Of a stretch of 64,000 bases of DNA, positions 13,310 through 25,352 are shown in pieces (within the stretch, counting starts at the first letter, position 1; the number at the start of each line of letters is the position of its first letter). A program made the translations under genes and the position numbers. The stretch is from Mobula birostris (Eukaryota), in NCBI RefSeq assembly GCF_030028105.1, contig NC_092380.1:12303123-12367122 (forward strand), given 5' to 3'. Below the pieces are notes generated by a model. It was not told the DNA's origin, made no database searches, and saw only the letters and a list, made by a program, of their open reading frames with translations.

Positions 13310-14080
13310 TTATAAAGTATATCATCTTGATGGCAAAAGACTGCAGAGCTGAAGTGCAAAGGAATCTGAGTATCTCACTGCATGTTTTGTAAAAGACTAG
13401 TAAGTAATTGTAACAGCTAACAAATGTTGCTTATTGTATGAGGAACTGCAAACAAAAATGGGGATGCCTAACTTTAGTTATGCAGGACGATAATGATACC
13501 TCATCCATAGAACTGTGTACAGTATTAGTCTCCTTAAGGAACAATTGGAGAAAATACAGTAAAGATCAAAATGGGCAGGCTGTCCTATGAAATGCTTAAG
13601 CTTGATTAGAAATGTAAAAATAAGACAACTGAAATGGGCAAGATTCCAAGGGGTCTTCACGAGGTTGATATGAAGAAAATGTTTTCCTCTTGTGGAAGAA
13701 TTTAACAGTAGGGTTCACCAAGTCACAGATGAGAAGATTTTATTTTCCTCTTCTGCCACTTGGAACTCTTCCTAAAAGGGTGGTGGATGCAAAGCTTTTG
13801 AATATGATCAAGAAACAAACTGCAGGGACTCTGAGTTGAACTCAGCGAATGTGGTTGTGCACCATCTGTAGGGGCGGGGGAACATTTGTCAACATCTTGA
13901 GTCAGAATGTAGCTCGACCTGCTGAATTCCTCCAGTAGTCTCGATTCTTCAAGTAAAGAAGTGAATGATTATCATGGGTAGAAAGAAACGCTGAGCCGAA
14001 GTCCTAATCAACTATGAATTAGCATCTTATTAAATGTCAATCAGACTCAAGAAACCAACAGGCCGACTCTGCTTCAGATT
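13310..14080 (+). mobile_element. Old CR1 3' remnant
   Basis: Degenerate match to the reverse complement of the 9616-10450 CR1 end. Similar remnants at about 105-880, 1500-2480, 4240-5080, 15900-16720, 24770-25250, 34560-35130, 40800-41480, 44600-45240 and 49885-50970. Confidence 0.55.
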
Positions 14081-17000
14081 CTTTTGTGAAGAATGAGCAA
14101 TTGTTTCACTGTTAAAGAAAAATTAAATTAGAAAATGTGGCCAGGACGCACACATTTTGAGCAGCTAATGAATTTCCATTTTATGTTAAAAAGTGCTGGA
14201 GATGCACTTCGCCTGATGCATTTTCTAAATACACACACACTTAATATATTGATCCATATAAACATTTCCATGTGTCAAGAGAGTAACAATTCCTATTAGT
14301 GAAACAATTCCCAAAGTTCTGGATAGAAAGGAATATTGAACAAAATCTAACTCTGAGCTACAGAACGAGAGGGCAGCACAAAGGGAAACTAAAGTAAATA
14401 GCCAAAATTTGAAATCCATAAAAATAAAAGAGCACAATGATAAAAGAAGCAATGTAAAGCCTAGATTATTAGTTTTTTTTTCTTTTTACAAGGTGATGCT
14501 GAAAAAGCAGCAAATAACAAACACCTTATATGCTTTTACTCCCTCAAATATCACGGATTTTTCATGTCAACCTGAGAAAGCAGGTGGAAACCATGGATTA
14601 ACATCCCATGTACGAGCTGCAGACTACAACTTAAATATAGAATCTTTTCTCAGGTGAAAATGCTACCAACTGAGCCATGGTTAAAAATTTGCAAAAAAAA
14701 AAAGTATCAATTCCAAAAGCAGTTCTCCTGTCCAGAGTGAAATAAATGGATAGCATCTGGCAAACTGGTGTAAACAGAAGACAGTTAAGTAATCGATGCG
14801 TATGGAAAGATGAAACCCGACAGATCATGATGTACTGTAATGTAACCAGTCTTTTAAAAATATATAATCTACTAATTGCAAATTCATTAGAAGCAGGCCT
14901 AGCAATACAAATAAAAAAAGTGCTGAAATATATACGGGGTAATGTTAGCAACTATAAAAGATAAAGCTATAACATATTAGATTCAGATACGCGTACTCAG
15001 CCAACAATTACTTCCTCTAAAAGTAATAATTAAATCTGTTCTAGCACCAGCATTTTAATTTTAATTACTACATAACACTACATTGATGGGGATCAAGCTT
15101 GAAAATAATTCACAGTTATTAAAGGCTAATTACCAAAAAGAATAATATTGGAAAATGCATGTACCAAGGGCCCTCTATTAACACACAAAATACTAATGTA
15201 TACAATTCCACAAACTGAATAATTCTTCTGACAAATAATTGTTAACTGATGAATTCCACAGATTACATTTTGCAATCAACTCAAGCCGCCTTCTACTCAA
15301 TAGTAAATCTGTCTGTGGCTCATCAAGAATTTCTAGAGAACCTTATCAAAAACAAAATCAGAGCGTATGTTCAGAGCGTATCACAACAATGTGAAGCACT
15401 TGCGAAATGACACATTCAATATCTTAAATCCCTGGGCATTTAAAAGAAAAGAAATATCGATTTATGATTTTTTGCTATCTAGACTTCTAATCTGCTCAAT
15501 GCTTTTCCCACAATTTTTATAAAAGAAAATAGAATGGCCAACCTCCGGATTTGACATTTGTGGCAGTTTCCACTCTGTGTTTTCCACTTTGTTTTCCACT
15601 CTGTATTTTACCTCAGCTATGGGGCACTATAACAAATTGTCTCAGTAATTTCTACCTTCAAAAATCAAACATTACTTTCTTCAAAAAAACTGTAAAAACA
15701 CAGACCTCCAAGCTTTTCAATTTTACTTCAAATATTTGCTCTAATTTACATGTTATAAAGTCACAAATAGAAATGTGTTCTACTAATGTTTTAATGATGC
15801 TTACTTTTGTACTTCATATTACCAAATATTTAAAAAATGTGATAAAGGTACCAGAGGGGAAATATCTTAACTCAGTACATCAAGTTGTAGAAACTGCAAT
15901 GAGCAGAAAGCCTTGACTGATGGAAATTTAGGTTACAAACAGCTCCCCAAACAGTTGCAGTTGGCAAAATATAGCATACATCAGGAAATTAGACATACAT
16001 ATTAATACAGATAAGAGAATAATTATGGGGGACAGTAATATGCACAAAGGCTACAAAGTCAAATAAATACTGTTAGAGATAAATTCATAGAGCTTGTTTT
16101 CTATATTAGCATGTTGAAGAAACCCAAGATGGAATAGGCTATTTTTCCATTTAGTACTACGTAATGAGAAAAGATTAATTGATGTTCTGGTAGTTATATG
16201 AACTGTGGGAAATTGTGATCACAACAGGATACAATTTTATATAACTGAAAGTGATGTAGTCAGTCTGAAATCAAGTTCTGAAATCTACTTTACACAAACT
16301 ACAAAAGACATGAAACGTATTGGCTATGGTAGATTAGGAAAACTTATTTAAAAAAAATAAGACCAATAATATTTCCTTTTAAGGAAAAGAAAACATGAAG
16401 TATGATCCAGCCATGTTTATATAGAGAAGGCAATATTAGATCAAAGGACTAGACTTAGTTATTTTTAAAAAAAGGCTTGAGAAAATTTCAGAATTCAAAC
16501 TAGAAAGTACTGATCAGCAGAGCACATGAGCAAGCTAGTGTAATAAAAGCTGTAAGAGACTAGCAAAAACTAATGTGGATTCTTTATAGACCATGGAATT
16601 ATATTGAGGAATGCGGAAATACCAGACAGATTAAATAGATATTTTGCATTGGTCTTCAATTGGTCTTCAGACATAGGAAATCTGCTGAAAATCTTGATGA
16701 ACTACAGACTTAAAATGAATGAGGAGCTCATTTAGATTAGCATGTGTAAAAAACTATTCTTTACCATGTCGGGCCTCATGAATTTTGTAAGTTTCAATGC
16801 ATTTGCCTTCTATTCTTCTAAACTCAAGAAATTGTAGGCCCAGTCCACTTAATTCCTCATCATTCAATTGCTTGTCACATAAACACAGTGCTTACAGGAG
16901 CAGGTGAAAAGCTGAGTATCCTGCAGCACATGATTCATCATGTGACACCACAAAGTTTTCGAACCCCCACAATGCATAAAGCAGAATACCCTCCACCAGC

Positions 17001-17338
17001 CCAAATGCATTTCCAACAATATAAGAAACCCAAGATATCATCTGGAACAAAGCAGCTCCTTAAATTGTCCTTTATCCATCACACTAAATATTCATTAACT
17101 CCACCATCAGTTCACCTTGGTTGTGATGTACCACACCTGTAAAATGTTTTCAGTAACTTGCATGGGCTACCACATCAACATTTCCATGCTGAAAAATTAA
17201 TAAGTAAACAAAATCCACCACAATCACGATAGTGTTTCCATTTTAATCAATCTACCTTCCAATCAGAATAAAAGCTGATACAATGTCAAAGCTTGCAGGA
17301 AATATTATTGCTAATTAATTGAACTGTCATGTTCAAAA

Positions 17339-18222
17339 GTGCTGGAGGAATTCAGCAGGCCACTCTCTGAAAAAGAATAAACAGTCGACTTTTCAGGTCA
17401 AGTCACTTCATCAGGATGAGAAAGTTAGGGGGTGGACAGAAGATAAAGGTGAGAGAAAGGGAAGAACAAGCTAAAAGGTGACAGGTGAAGCCAAGTGGGA
17501 GATAAAGGTAAAGGGCTGCAGAATAAAAACATAAGAAATAGCAGGAGTAGGCCATTTGGCCCATCAAACCTGCTCCACCGTTCCATAAGATCACGGCAGA
17601 TCTGACCATGGACTCATCTCCACCTACCCGCTTTTTCCCCATAATGCTCAATTCCCCTACAATGCAAAAACCTATCCAACTTTGTCTTAAATATACTTAT
17701 TGAGCCATTCCCATTCTAACAAGCCAGACTATGGCCTCCTCTTCTACTACAATAAGGGTGAAGGAGCAATACCTCATATTCCATCTAGGGAGCCACCAGC
17801 CTGATGGCATGAACACAGATTTCTCCTTCCAATATTATTTTCTTCTTTTTCTCCCTCCCCATTCACTATTCTGTTCTCCATTCTCACCTCTTGCATCTTC
17901 TCTTCACCAGCCCATCACCTTCCCCTGGTGCTCTCCTTGTTCCCTTTCTGCAGTCCTCTCCTCTGTCAGATTCCTTCTACTCCAGCCCTTTTCCTTTCTT
18001 ACCCACCTAGCTTCACCTATCATCTTCTAGCTTGTCCTCCCTCCCCTCCCCCTACTTTTTTTTATTCTGGCATCTTCCTCCTTCCTTTCTAGTCAGAATG
18101 AAGGGCCTTGGCCCGAAAAGTCGACTGTTTATTCATTTCCATAGAAGCTGTCTAATCCGATGAGTCCTTCCAGCATTTTGCGTGTTGCTCTGAATTTCGA
18201 GTATCTGCAGAATCTTGTGTTT
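17339..18222. mobile_element. Penelope-like element with inverted terminal duplication and an embedded CR1 3' fragment
   Basis: Minus-strand terminus at 17339-17520, CR1 tail fragment at about 17520-17700, plus-strand GIY-YIG end and terminus at 17700-18222; 10-bp TSD ATGTTCAAAA. Confidence 0.8.
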
Positions 18223-19426
18223 ATGTTCAAAACTGTGTCAACTTATAGTGCAAAACTAAATTACAACAGATATTTAAGCTTGTTCACAGGGCTCGATTAA
18301 ATATCTGGAATACAGTTTCCACTTTTAAGCACTCAATAGTTTTTCCCATATCAACAAATGATGCAAATTTCTTTATTTGTAGGTGGTATACCTTTCACTT
18401 CCATTTACTGTTACTGTAAACCTCATGATTTTGGACCTAATATATACATAACTAAAGTATAAAACAATCACTGCCATCAGGAAAACATTACTCGATAGAT
18501 TGAGTACCTTTCTGCAGTACTAATTGTCCATCTACCAAAAAAGCTATTTAAACTAAATCCACTTCTTGATTCAGAACCTTACCAATTACATCCGTCAAAT
18601 GCTCATTCAGATACAGTAAAAGCAAAATAATGCTTCTGTCTCCATCTTTTCAGTAGCTGTTCCAGACCCAACCGCTCTTTTGGATATGATTTTTTTTCAA
18701 TTCCCTTCTAATCCTTTACCAATTACCTTAAATCTTAGTCCATTAGCTGCTGAGCTCTTAGTTAATAGTTTATCACGTGAAATCCTCTCACCAATCTCAC
18801 ACAGATACCGCCCTCATGCCCTTCTCCCAAAATATCTCTTGACCATGCAATTCTCTATCAGGGGAACTATTCAGTAATATACCATTAACAGGCATAATAC
18901 GCATCTACCATAGGCTCCCATAAAACCTCTCTCTGGCTACCCTTCTACCATTTCTTCCATGGTCTACTATCCTCTCCTTTTAGATTTCTTCTTCTTCAGT
19001 CTCTTCCATCCATCCCCTCCCAGCCTCTTATTTCATCCCCCTCCCTCACCAAATCCAAAAATACCAGGGAGGACAAAGGCAGTGGATGCATTTTTTATAT
19101 ACAATTCCTGCAGGTTCCCCTCCAAGTCAGAACATCTTGTTTTGGGAGCACCTTTTTGCTGGGTTTAGAAACTGCAACTCCCTATGCAAGAACAAAAGGA
19201 CTGCAGCTGTTCAAAATACAATTAATGCTGGACTTGCCAGTGAAGTCTAAATTCCAAAAGCGAATAACTATTAAAACATACAGATACTAACTACTGATGT
19301 TGGACATTACTGGTGCACTGCAAAGCACACACACTAAGAAGGAATTGAGGGAGACTGGGTACCACCTTTGATCACCAGCTGGTGACATAGGCCAGCCGAG
19401 TCACACACATAAATCTCTGGAATCAC

Positions 19427-19505
19427 CTTGAATAGATCTCCACAACCAATTTGCCAATATGACTTTGTTGATCTCTTAATGAGTTAATGAAGTCAGCAAT
19501 TAAAA
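19427..19505 (-). CDS. Putative exon 3 of the unidentified gene (VLIADFINSLRDQQSHIGKLVVEIYS)
   Basis: Acceptor atttatttttcctgcatag; donor AAG|gtgatt; 79 nt, phase 1 to 2; joins putative exon 2 in frame. Confidence 0.5.
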
Positions 19506-19966
19506 CTATGCAGGAAAAATAAATGCAGAGGTACAACAAAAATAAATTATATGTACAATAATACAAACACATTACACCAACAACGTATCCTGATAAGAGA
19601 TACACCACAGAAGTAAGCAATTCAGTTCACCAATCAGCAATGACCATCAAGTATCGATTTACACAAATGCTACATTAATCCTGATTTTGCTTTGTTTTAA
19701 CATTGATTTATACATTACTGAAGATGATGGTTAAAAAATCCATACAAGAATGCAGAGGCAAGATAGAATCAGCCGTTATTTGAATTCAATTACATCAAAT
19801 GGCAGCTTGCATAGGGCAAGAAAGAAATGCTGAAAACATTTAGCCAGCATTAAAACAGCTGGTGTAACACTCGGCCATACCTCACATGTCATGCTGGGCA
19901 TCAATACTGCACAAAATACTGTACTCAGAATCAGATTTCTTGTCACTGACGTATGACATGAAATTT

Positions 19967-20100
19967 GAGACCTGAAGAAGGGTCTCAGCCCAAAACGTTG
20001 ATTGTTTGCTCATTTCCTTAGATGCTGCTTGACCTGCAGAGCTCCCCCAGCATTCTGTGTTTGAATCTTTGGCTGCCCAGAATCTGCAGAATTTATGTCT
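19967..20100 (+). mobile_element. Short Penelope-like terminal fragment
   Basis: CTGAAGAAGGGTCTCAGCCCAAAACG...GATGCTGCTTGACCTGC...CTGCAGAA; inserted in a Rex/Babar tail remnant. Confidence 0.75.
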
Positions 20101-20503
20101 ATGAATTTTGTCTTGCGGCGGCAGTACAAATGCAATGTCATTAAAAAAAACTATAAATTCAAAGATAAATAAATGGTGCAAACAAAACAGTAAAGTTGGA
20201 TCATTGCTGAACCTTGACTTGTCCATCTCATCATCTTAAAATGAATACACCCAGTATCATTCAATTACTCAGTAACACAAAATCAGAACCCAAAGCAAGG
20301 TACTGACTACTACTAATTGGAAAAGCAAGAACAGAAATATGGATGAAAGACAGGTCAATTCTTCAAATCAAACAGTGGTGTTTCTATATAAATTTTTCAA
20401 ATTGTAAAAACCAGGTTGCTATAATAACATTACAAAGACAGGAGGGGGAGGGATGGAGCGATCGAGGGGTAAATACACTAATCTTGCTTAAAATGTTGAA
20501 AAG

Positions 20504-20618
20504 AATGTTTCATCTTTAACTTTATGACTTTTGGAGATCAGTTCATCTTCTACTCACTTAACTATTCACAGTAACAGAAATTTTGACCAAGGGTGCCCAA
20601 ACTTCTGCATGCCAGTGT
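20504..20618. mobile_element. Isolated Tc1 terminal fragment
   Basis: Ends GGGTGCCCAAACTTCTGCATGCCAGTG followed by TA, a typical Tc1 inverted-repeat end. Confidence 0.6.
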
Positions 20619-20817
20619 ATATCATAGCTGCGATAAATATAACATTTCTAAAGAGTTAAAGGCCAACAATTGCAGATTACTAAAACATACAGTAAATGGA
20701 TCAAACTAATAAGGAGATTATTAAAGTCTATCAGAAAAAAATTAAGAAAAATGACTGGGAAGAACATAAAATAGCATTCATAAAAAAAAGTTGACCTAAT
20801 AATGTATTAATGTAAAA

Positions 20818-21564
20818 CAGCGGTCCCCAACTACCAGGCCACAAAGCATGTGCAACCAGGCCGTGATGAAACGATATCAGTCAGCTGCACCTTTCCTCAT
20901 TCCCTGTCACGCACTGTTGAACTTGAACATAGGGTTTCCAACTGTCCCCTATTTGCCAGGCCATCCCATATATTGGGCTAAATTAGTTTGTCCCATACGG
21001 GACTGCCCTTGTCCCGTATTTCCCCCGTTAAGGTACAGCATACCTATGAAACCTTTTGTGCCGAAATGGCGTGAAGCAAAGAAGCAATTACCATTAATTT
21101 ATATGGGAAAAATTTTTGAGCATTCCCAAACCCCAAAATAACCTAACAAATCATACCAAGTAACACATAAAACCAGAAATAAATAACACTAACATATAGT
21201 AAAAGCAGGAATTATATGATAAATACACAGCCTATATAAAGTAGAAATAATAGAAATAATGTATGTACAGTATAGTCGGGAAGATGAAGGCAAAACCAAT
21301 TGGGGGGGGGGGAAATCGGCACGTACACGCATGCGCACATCATATGCGCATCCAGGTGCCCGCGCAAGGCCTCATGGTCATGGTAGTCTTTCCTGGGGTA
21401 GTGTCCCTTATTTGGGAGTGAGAAAGTTGGCAACCCTAACTGTAAAAGACATGTTGGGGTGAGTTTAACCCTACTTGAACACCCCCCGCCCCCGGTCGGC
21501 CGGTCCGCAAGAATATTGTCAATATTAAACCGGTCCGCGGTGCAAAAAAGGTTGGCGACCCCTG
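20818..21564. mobile_element. Composite hAT-Charlie MITE with a nested hAT element carrying Tigger and Harbinger-MITE fragments
   Basis: Outer TIRs CAGCGGTCCCCAAC / GTTGGCGACCCCTG with perfect TSD ATGTAAAA; inner element 20930-21473 with TSD CTTGAACA. Confidence 0.85.
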
Positions 21565-22517
21565 ATGTAAAAGAATTCCTCTCTTCTATTACATATTACC
21601 ACTAAAGTATGTGGAGTTCACACCAATTTTCCTGTTCTGGAGCCTCAAATTTCACAACCAATTAGTTTTAAATTAAATGACTCATATAGTTATGCAAATG
21701 TAACATGTACTCATATGAAAATAAAATCTAAAATAGCAATAACAAAAACAAAGCAGTTCAAATCATACTATTTCAGTTCCTACAGTAAGCACTCATGCCT
21801 CCTTTTTTCCTCAATGCTCAGGTGCAACGAAAACGAATATCTCTTTTAATTTTGTTTCACATTTTGACATCTGCAAAATAATGCTTATGTGGAAAGAAAA
21901 CTTTCTCCCATATCATTGGTTGAGGGACCTCACTGCATTGTATTGTCAAAAAATAAAAGTAGGGGAAAAAGTTCACATTCAGGTTGGTAAACTGTAAACC
22001 ACTGGGATCAAGAGTCAACTATTTACATTCTACCCTAATGATTTAGACAAAAGGATTGAATATATCATATTAACTGTATAATATTTAAACTGTGAACACC
22101 TGCCAAGATAATCCAGAATAAAACAGACCAAAAAATGATTCTATTCAAGTCTGATTGGTACTGACACACAATATTAGTTCACAGTTCATTCCCTACAGCC
22201 CAGCATTATCATATGTTTACAAAGTAATTCCTTTATGAAAATTACTACGAAATAAGCTTCAAATCTACTCAATGTATTAAAAATATTTTCCTTCTTACTG
22301 CGGCTTTCTTGTCATTTACCTTAAACCTACGCAAACTACTAAATCTCTTATTAACAAACAAAACCTTTCATGATTTTTAAAATATCTTTCAAATCTCTCC
22401 CTTAACCTTCTCTGCTGGAGATAAAAATTACACTTGTCACCCGTGCAGCTGTAATTTCCTCAAATCATTCTAGTAAATCTTCTTTGTATAATTTTTTCAT
22501 GTCCTAGAATTGGTCAC

Positions 22518-23005
22518 CAATGCCTTCTCTAAGGTGTGCGCATCTTTTACTACTAACACACAAAGGAATTTAAACTGCGCACAAAATGTCACTCTCTATC
22601 TTGTTGGCACGTTAAATATATTTCACGATCATACACAATCACATTTCCTTTACCAGTTTCTGATGTGGACGGTGTGGGCAACGTGGAGTTTTTGATGATT
22701 TGTTTGCAGATTTTAGAACTGGATTATTTATACTGCTTTTACTGAAGAAATTATTGATTTTCTGTGTCGAAGTCCAAAGAAGCAAAGGGCGCGAAGTGCA
22801 AAAGAACTGCTAGTTCATTTAAAGCAGAATGGTTTATTATCCTTAGAATAACTTCAGGTTTACACTTAAACATTCAGTATGCACAAGTTGTCAACAGGCA
22901 AAAAAAATTGCACAGCACAAGATTAAACATTCAGCATGCACATGTTGTCACTGGGCAAAAAAAATTGCACAGCACATTGGTCATTACAAATTAGAAGGAA
23001 CATTG
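22518..23005 (+). mobile_element. Non-autonomous hAT-family transposon with apparent 5-bp TSD
   Basis: TIRs CAATGCCTTCTCTAA / TTAGAAGGAACATTG; GTCAC on both sides; transposase-like start SKSKEAKGAKCKRTASSFKAEW; internal ~57-bp tandem duplication at 22865-22976. Confidence 0.7.
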
Positions 23006-23499
23006 GTCACCATATTACAACTATGCTGAACTAATGATTTATAGTAAGTTATAGGATAACATTTTATGGTTTTGTACATTTTATTAAACCTGGATATCTT
23101 ATGCCGTTATTACACTATTTTCAATTCATTTTGCCAACTTCAAAGAATTATGTTCTTGCTCCTGGACATGCCTTCCAAGTTGTGCATTTTGTTTATACAG
23201 ACTCCTCTTTAAATGTTTCACTTCAAATTTCTCTACATTTGCCCTCAACCATTTTAAAAGTTTGTTTTCTCTTCCTCAATACTTACATTTCTAATTTGGT
23301 ATCATTGCTAACTTTTAAACTAAAGCAAGAACTCCCATGTCCCAGGGAATTAAGATTCAGTTACAGCAGATAGGGTTTTTGCTCAATCAGTATTTAGTAA
23401 TCCCCACCAATGGAAAAGCAGAGATACCAATGAAAATAGGATTAGCTTAGTAGCAATATCACCCTGATCTTCTAACTACCTATCAAAACAAAAGCACTT

Positions 23500-24070
23500 T
23501 TAGGTACCACAGTAATGTAATAGTTAATGCAATGCTGCTCCAGCTCAGGGCAGAGATCAGAGTTCAATTCTAGCATCCTGGGCCGGCCGGTGGCGTAACG
23601 ACATTGGCACCGGACCCGGGAGCGGAGGTTCCCGGGTTCGAAACTAGTCAGGTCCGCTCCCAAGTACGCTTTCCATCCATGCCCAGTTGAGTGTCAAGAT
23701 CACAACTCGACCTCGTAAAATATCTCTGTGAGGAGTGGCGCGCCACACAGTCTCTCTCTCTACCACTCCGCGCCTTGTAAAAGCCATGAAAAAGACATCA
23801 TCATGGACGTACACGCACAGACTCGCACGTACGCAGGCACACGCCAAAAAAAAATTCTAGCATCCTCTATACATTCTCCTCCATAGAATGCATGGGTTTC
23901 CCCTGGGTGATCCAGGTTCCTCCCACAGTCTGAAGGTAGGTTAATTCATCATTGTAATTTGTCCTGTGATCAGGTTAGATTAAATAGGGGTTTTCAGGGT
24001 TTGCTGGAGTGCCCATCCCAAAGGGTCGGAAGGACCTACTCCTTGCTGCGTCTCCAAATAAAAATAAAAT
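23500..24070 (+). mobile_element. V-domain SINE (HE1-like) interrupted by a younger SINE
   Basis: B-box GAGTTCAATTC; V-core GGGTTTCCCCTGGGTGATCCAGGTTCCTCCCAC; CR1-like 3' end with (AAAAT)n. Confidence 0.7.
23580..23852 (+). mobile_element. tRNA-derived SINE with poly(A) tail
   Basis: A-box TGGCGTAACGAC, B-box GGTTCGAAAC, poly(A) tail, perfect 14-bp TSD AATTCTAGCATCCT. Related head at 37160-37295. Confidence 0.85.
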
Positions 24071-25352
24071 GTCCGGAACCATTACAGTGACACAACTTTT
24101 AAATCAAAAGGAATGAGATTACTCCAGATAGTTAGTGAAACAGGATCAATCAAATAATCTGTTTACTATAAAATTCTGTGGCTCTTAAAGTGCCCTCCTA
24201 TGTTACAAGAATAGAAAACTGAAGATACTAAAAACCTTCAAACAAAAGTACAGATCAGAACATTCACTAATGTTTCTCCTCAAAAAGTCCTATTGCTGAA
24301 CTGGGATTGCTACCCAGAACACTCACTGGTCCCAAGTATGACCACTGAAATCTAATCATAATATTCTTCCGGATCTTACTGAGCACCCATTGTATCAACA
24401 TACAATGCATATTATGAATCGCCACCAATGTTGCACCAAAGATTCATTTTGTTCTGCAAGGAAAGATCACGTCGGACCTCCAGTATTTTCAGTATAGAGT
24501 TTGTATATTCTCCTTATGACCACATGCATTTCTTCCCACCTACAATAGTGCAGACTGGTGGGTTAATTAAGCCACTGCAAATTGCCCCTTGTTCTATGAC
24601 TCTTTCAAATGAGGGGGTGGGAGAGGAGGAAGGGTGCGAGAGCTTTCAAAGCCGCCTGGAAGATTTAGGGAACACAGTAAAGAGAGGTCAGTATCTCTCT
24701 CTGAAGATATAATCATAAATTCTGCAGCAAAGAAAAGTTTGAAAATAAATTCTAGTATAGAACATTACTTAGGCCACAATTAGGATAATATGTACAGCTC
24801 AGGTTAACACACTACAAGGATTATAGGAGGGATGCCAGACCACAGATTTACAAGAATGAAACAAGGCTTCTTAGATAATGGAAATATTTGCTAGCCTATG
24901 GTTGTTTTCTCACTGGCTATGGTGCCTAAAGGTTTAATTGAGCAGTATAATATGAGGACCCCAAGCAAAATGAATAGAAAGGATTGTACCAGCAGAAAGG
25001 TAAATAACTGGAGATCCTAGTTTCAAGGTAAAAAGTTAGGAGAGTCAAGGATATTGCTTCCCCTACCTCTGCTGCCACATCCATCCAGAGAATTGTGGAT
25101 TGAGAACTCACTGTCGAAAGCATGCGTGGCAGGAACTTTCACTACATTTTTTTTAAAAAATGGATCTGAATTAGAATGGCTTAATTCTATTTCCTACTTC
25201 TCAGTCCGTATCTTTAAGTGTAAAGGATATGGGACTGAGAACAGGAAATGAAATTAAGCCTCACACATAAAATGCTGGAGGAGCTCAGCATCTATGGAAA
25301 TGAATAAACAGTCGACATTTCGTGCTGAGGCCCTTCTTTGGATCTGAATATA

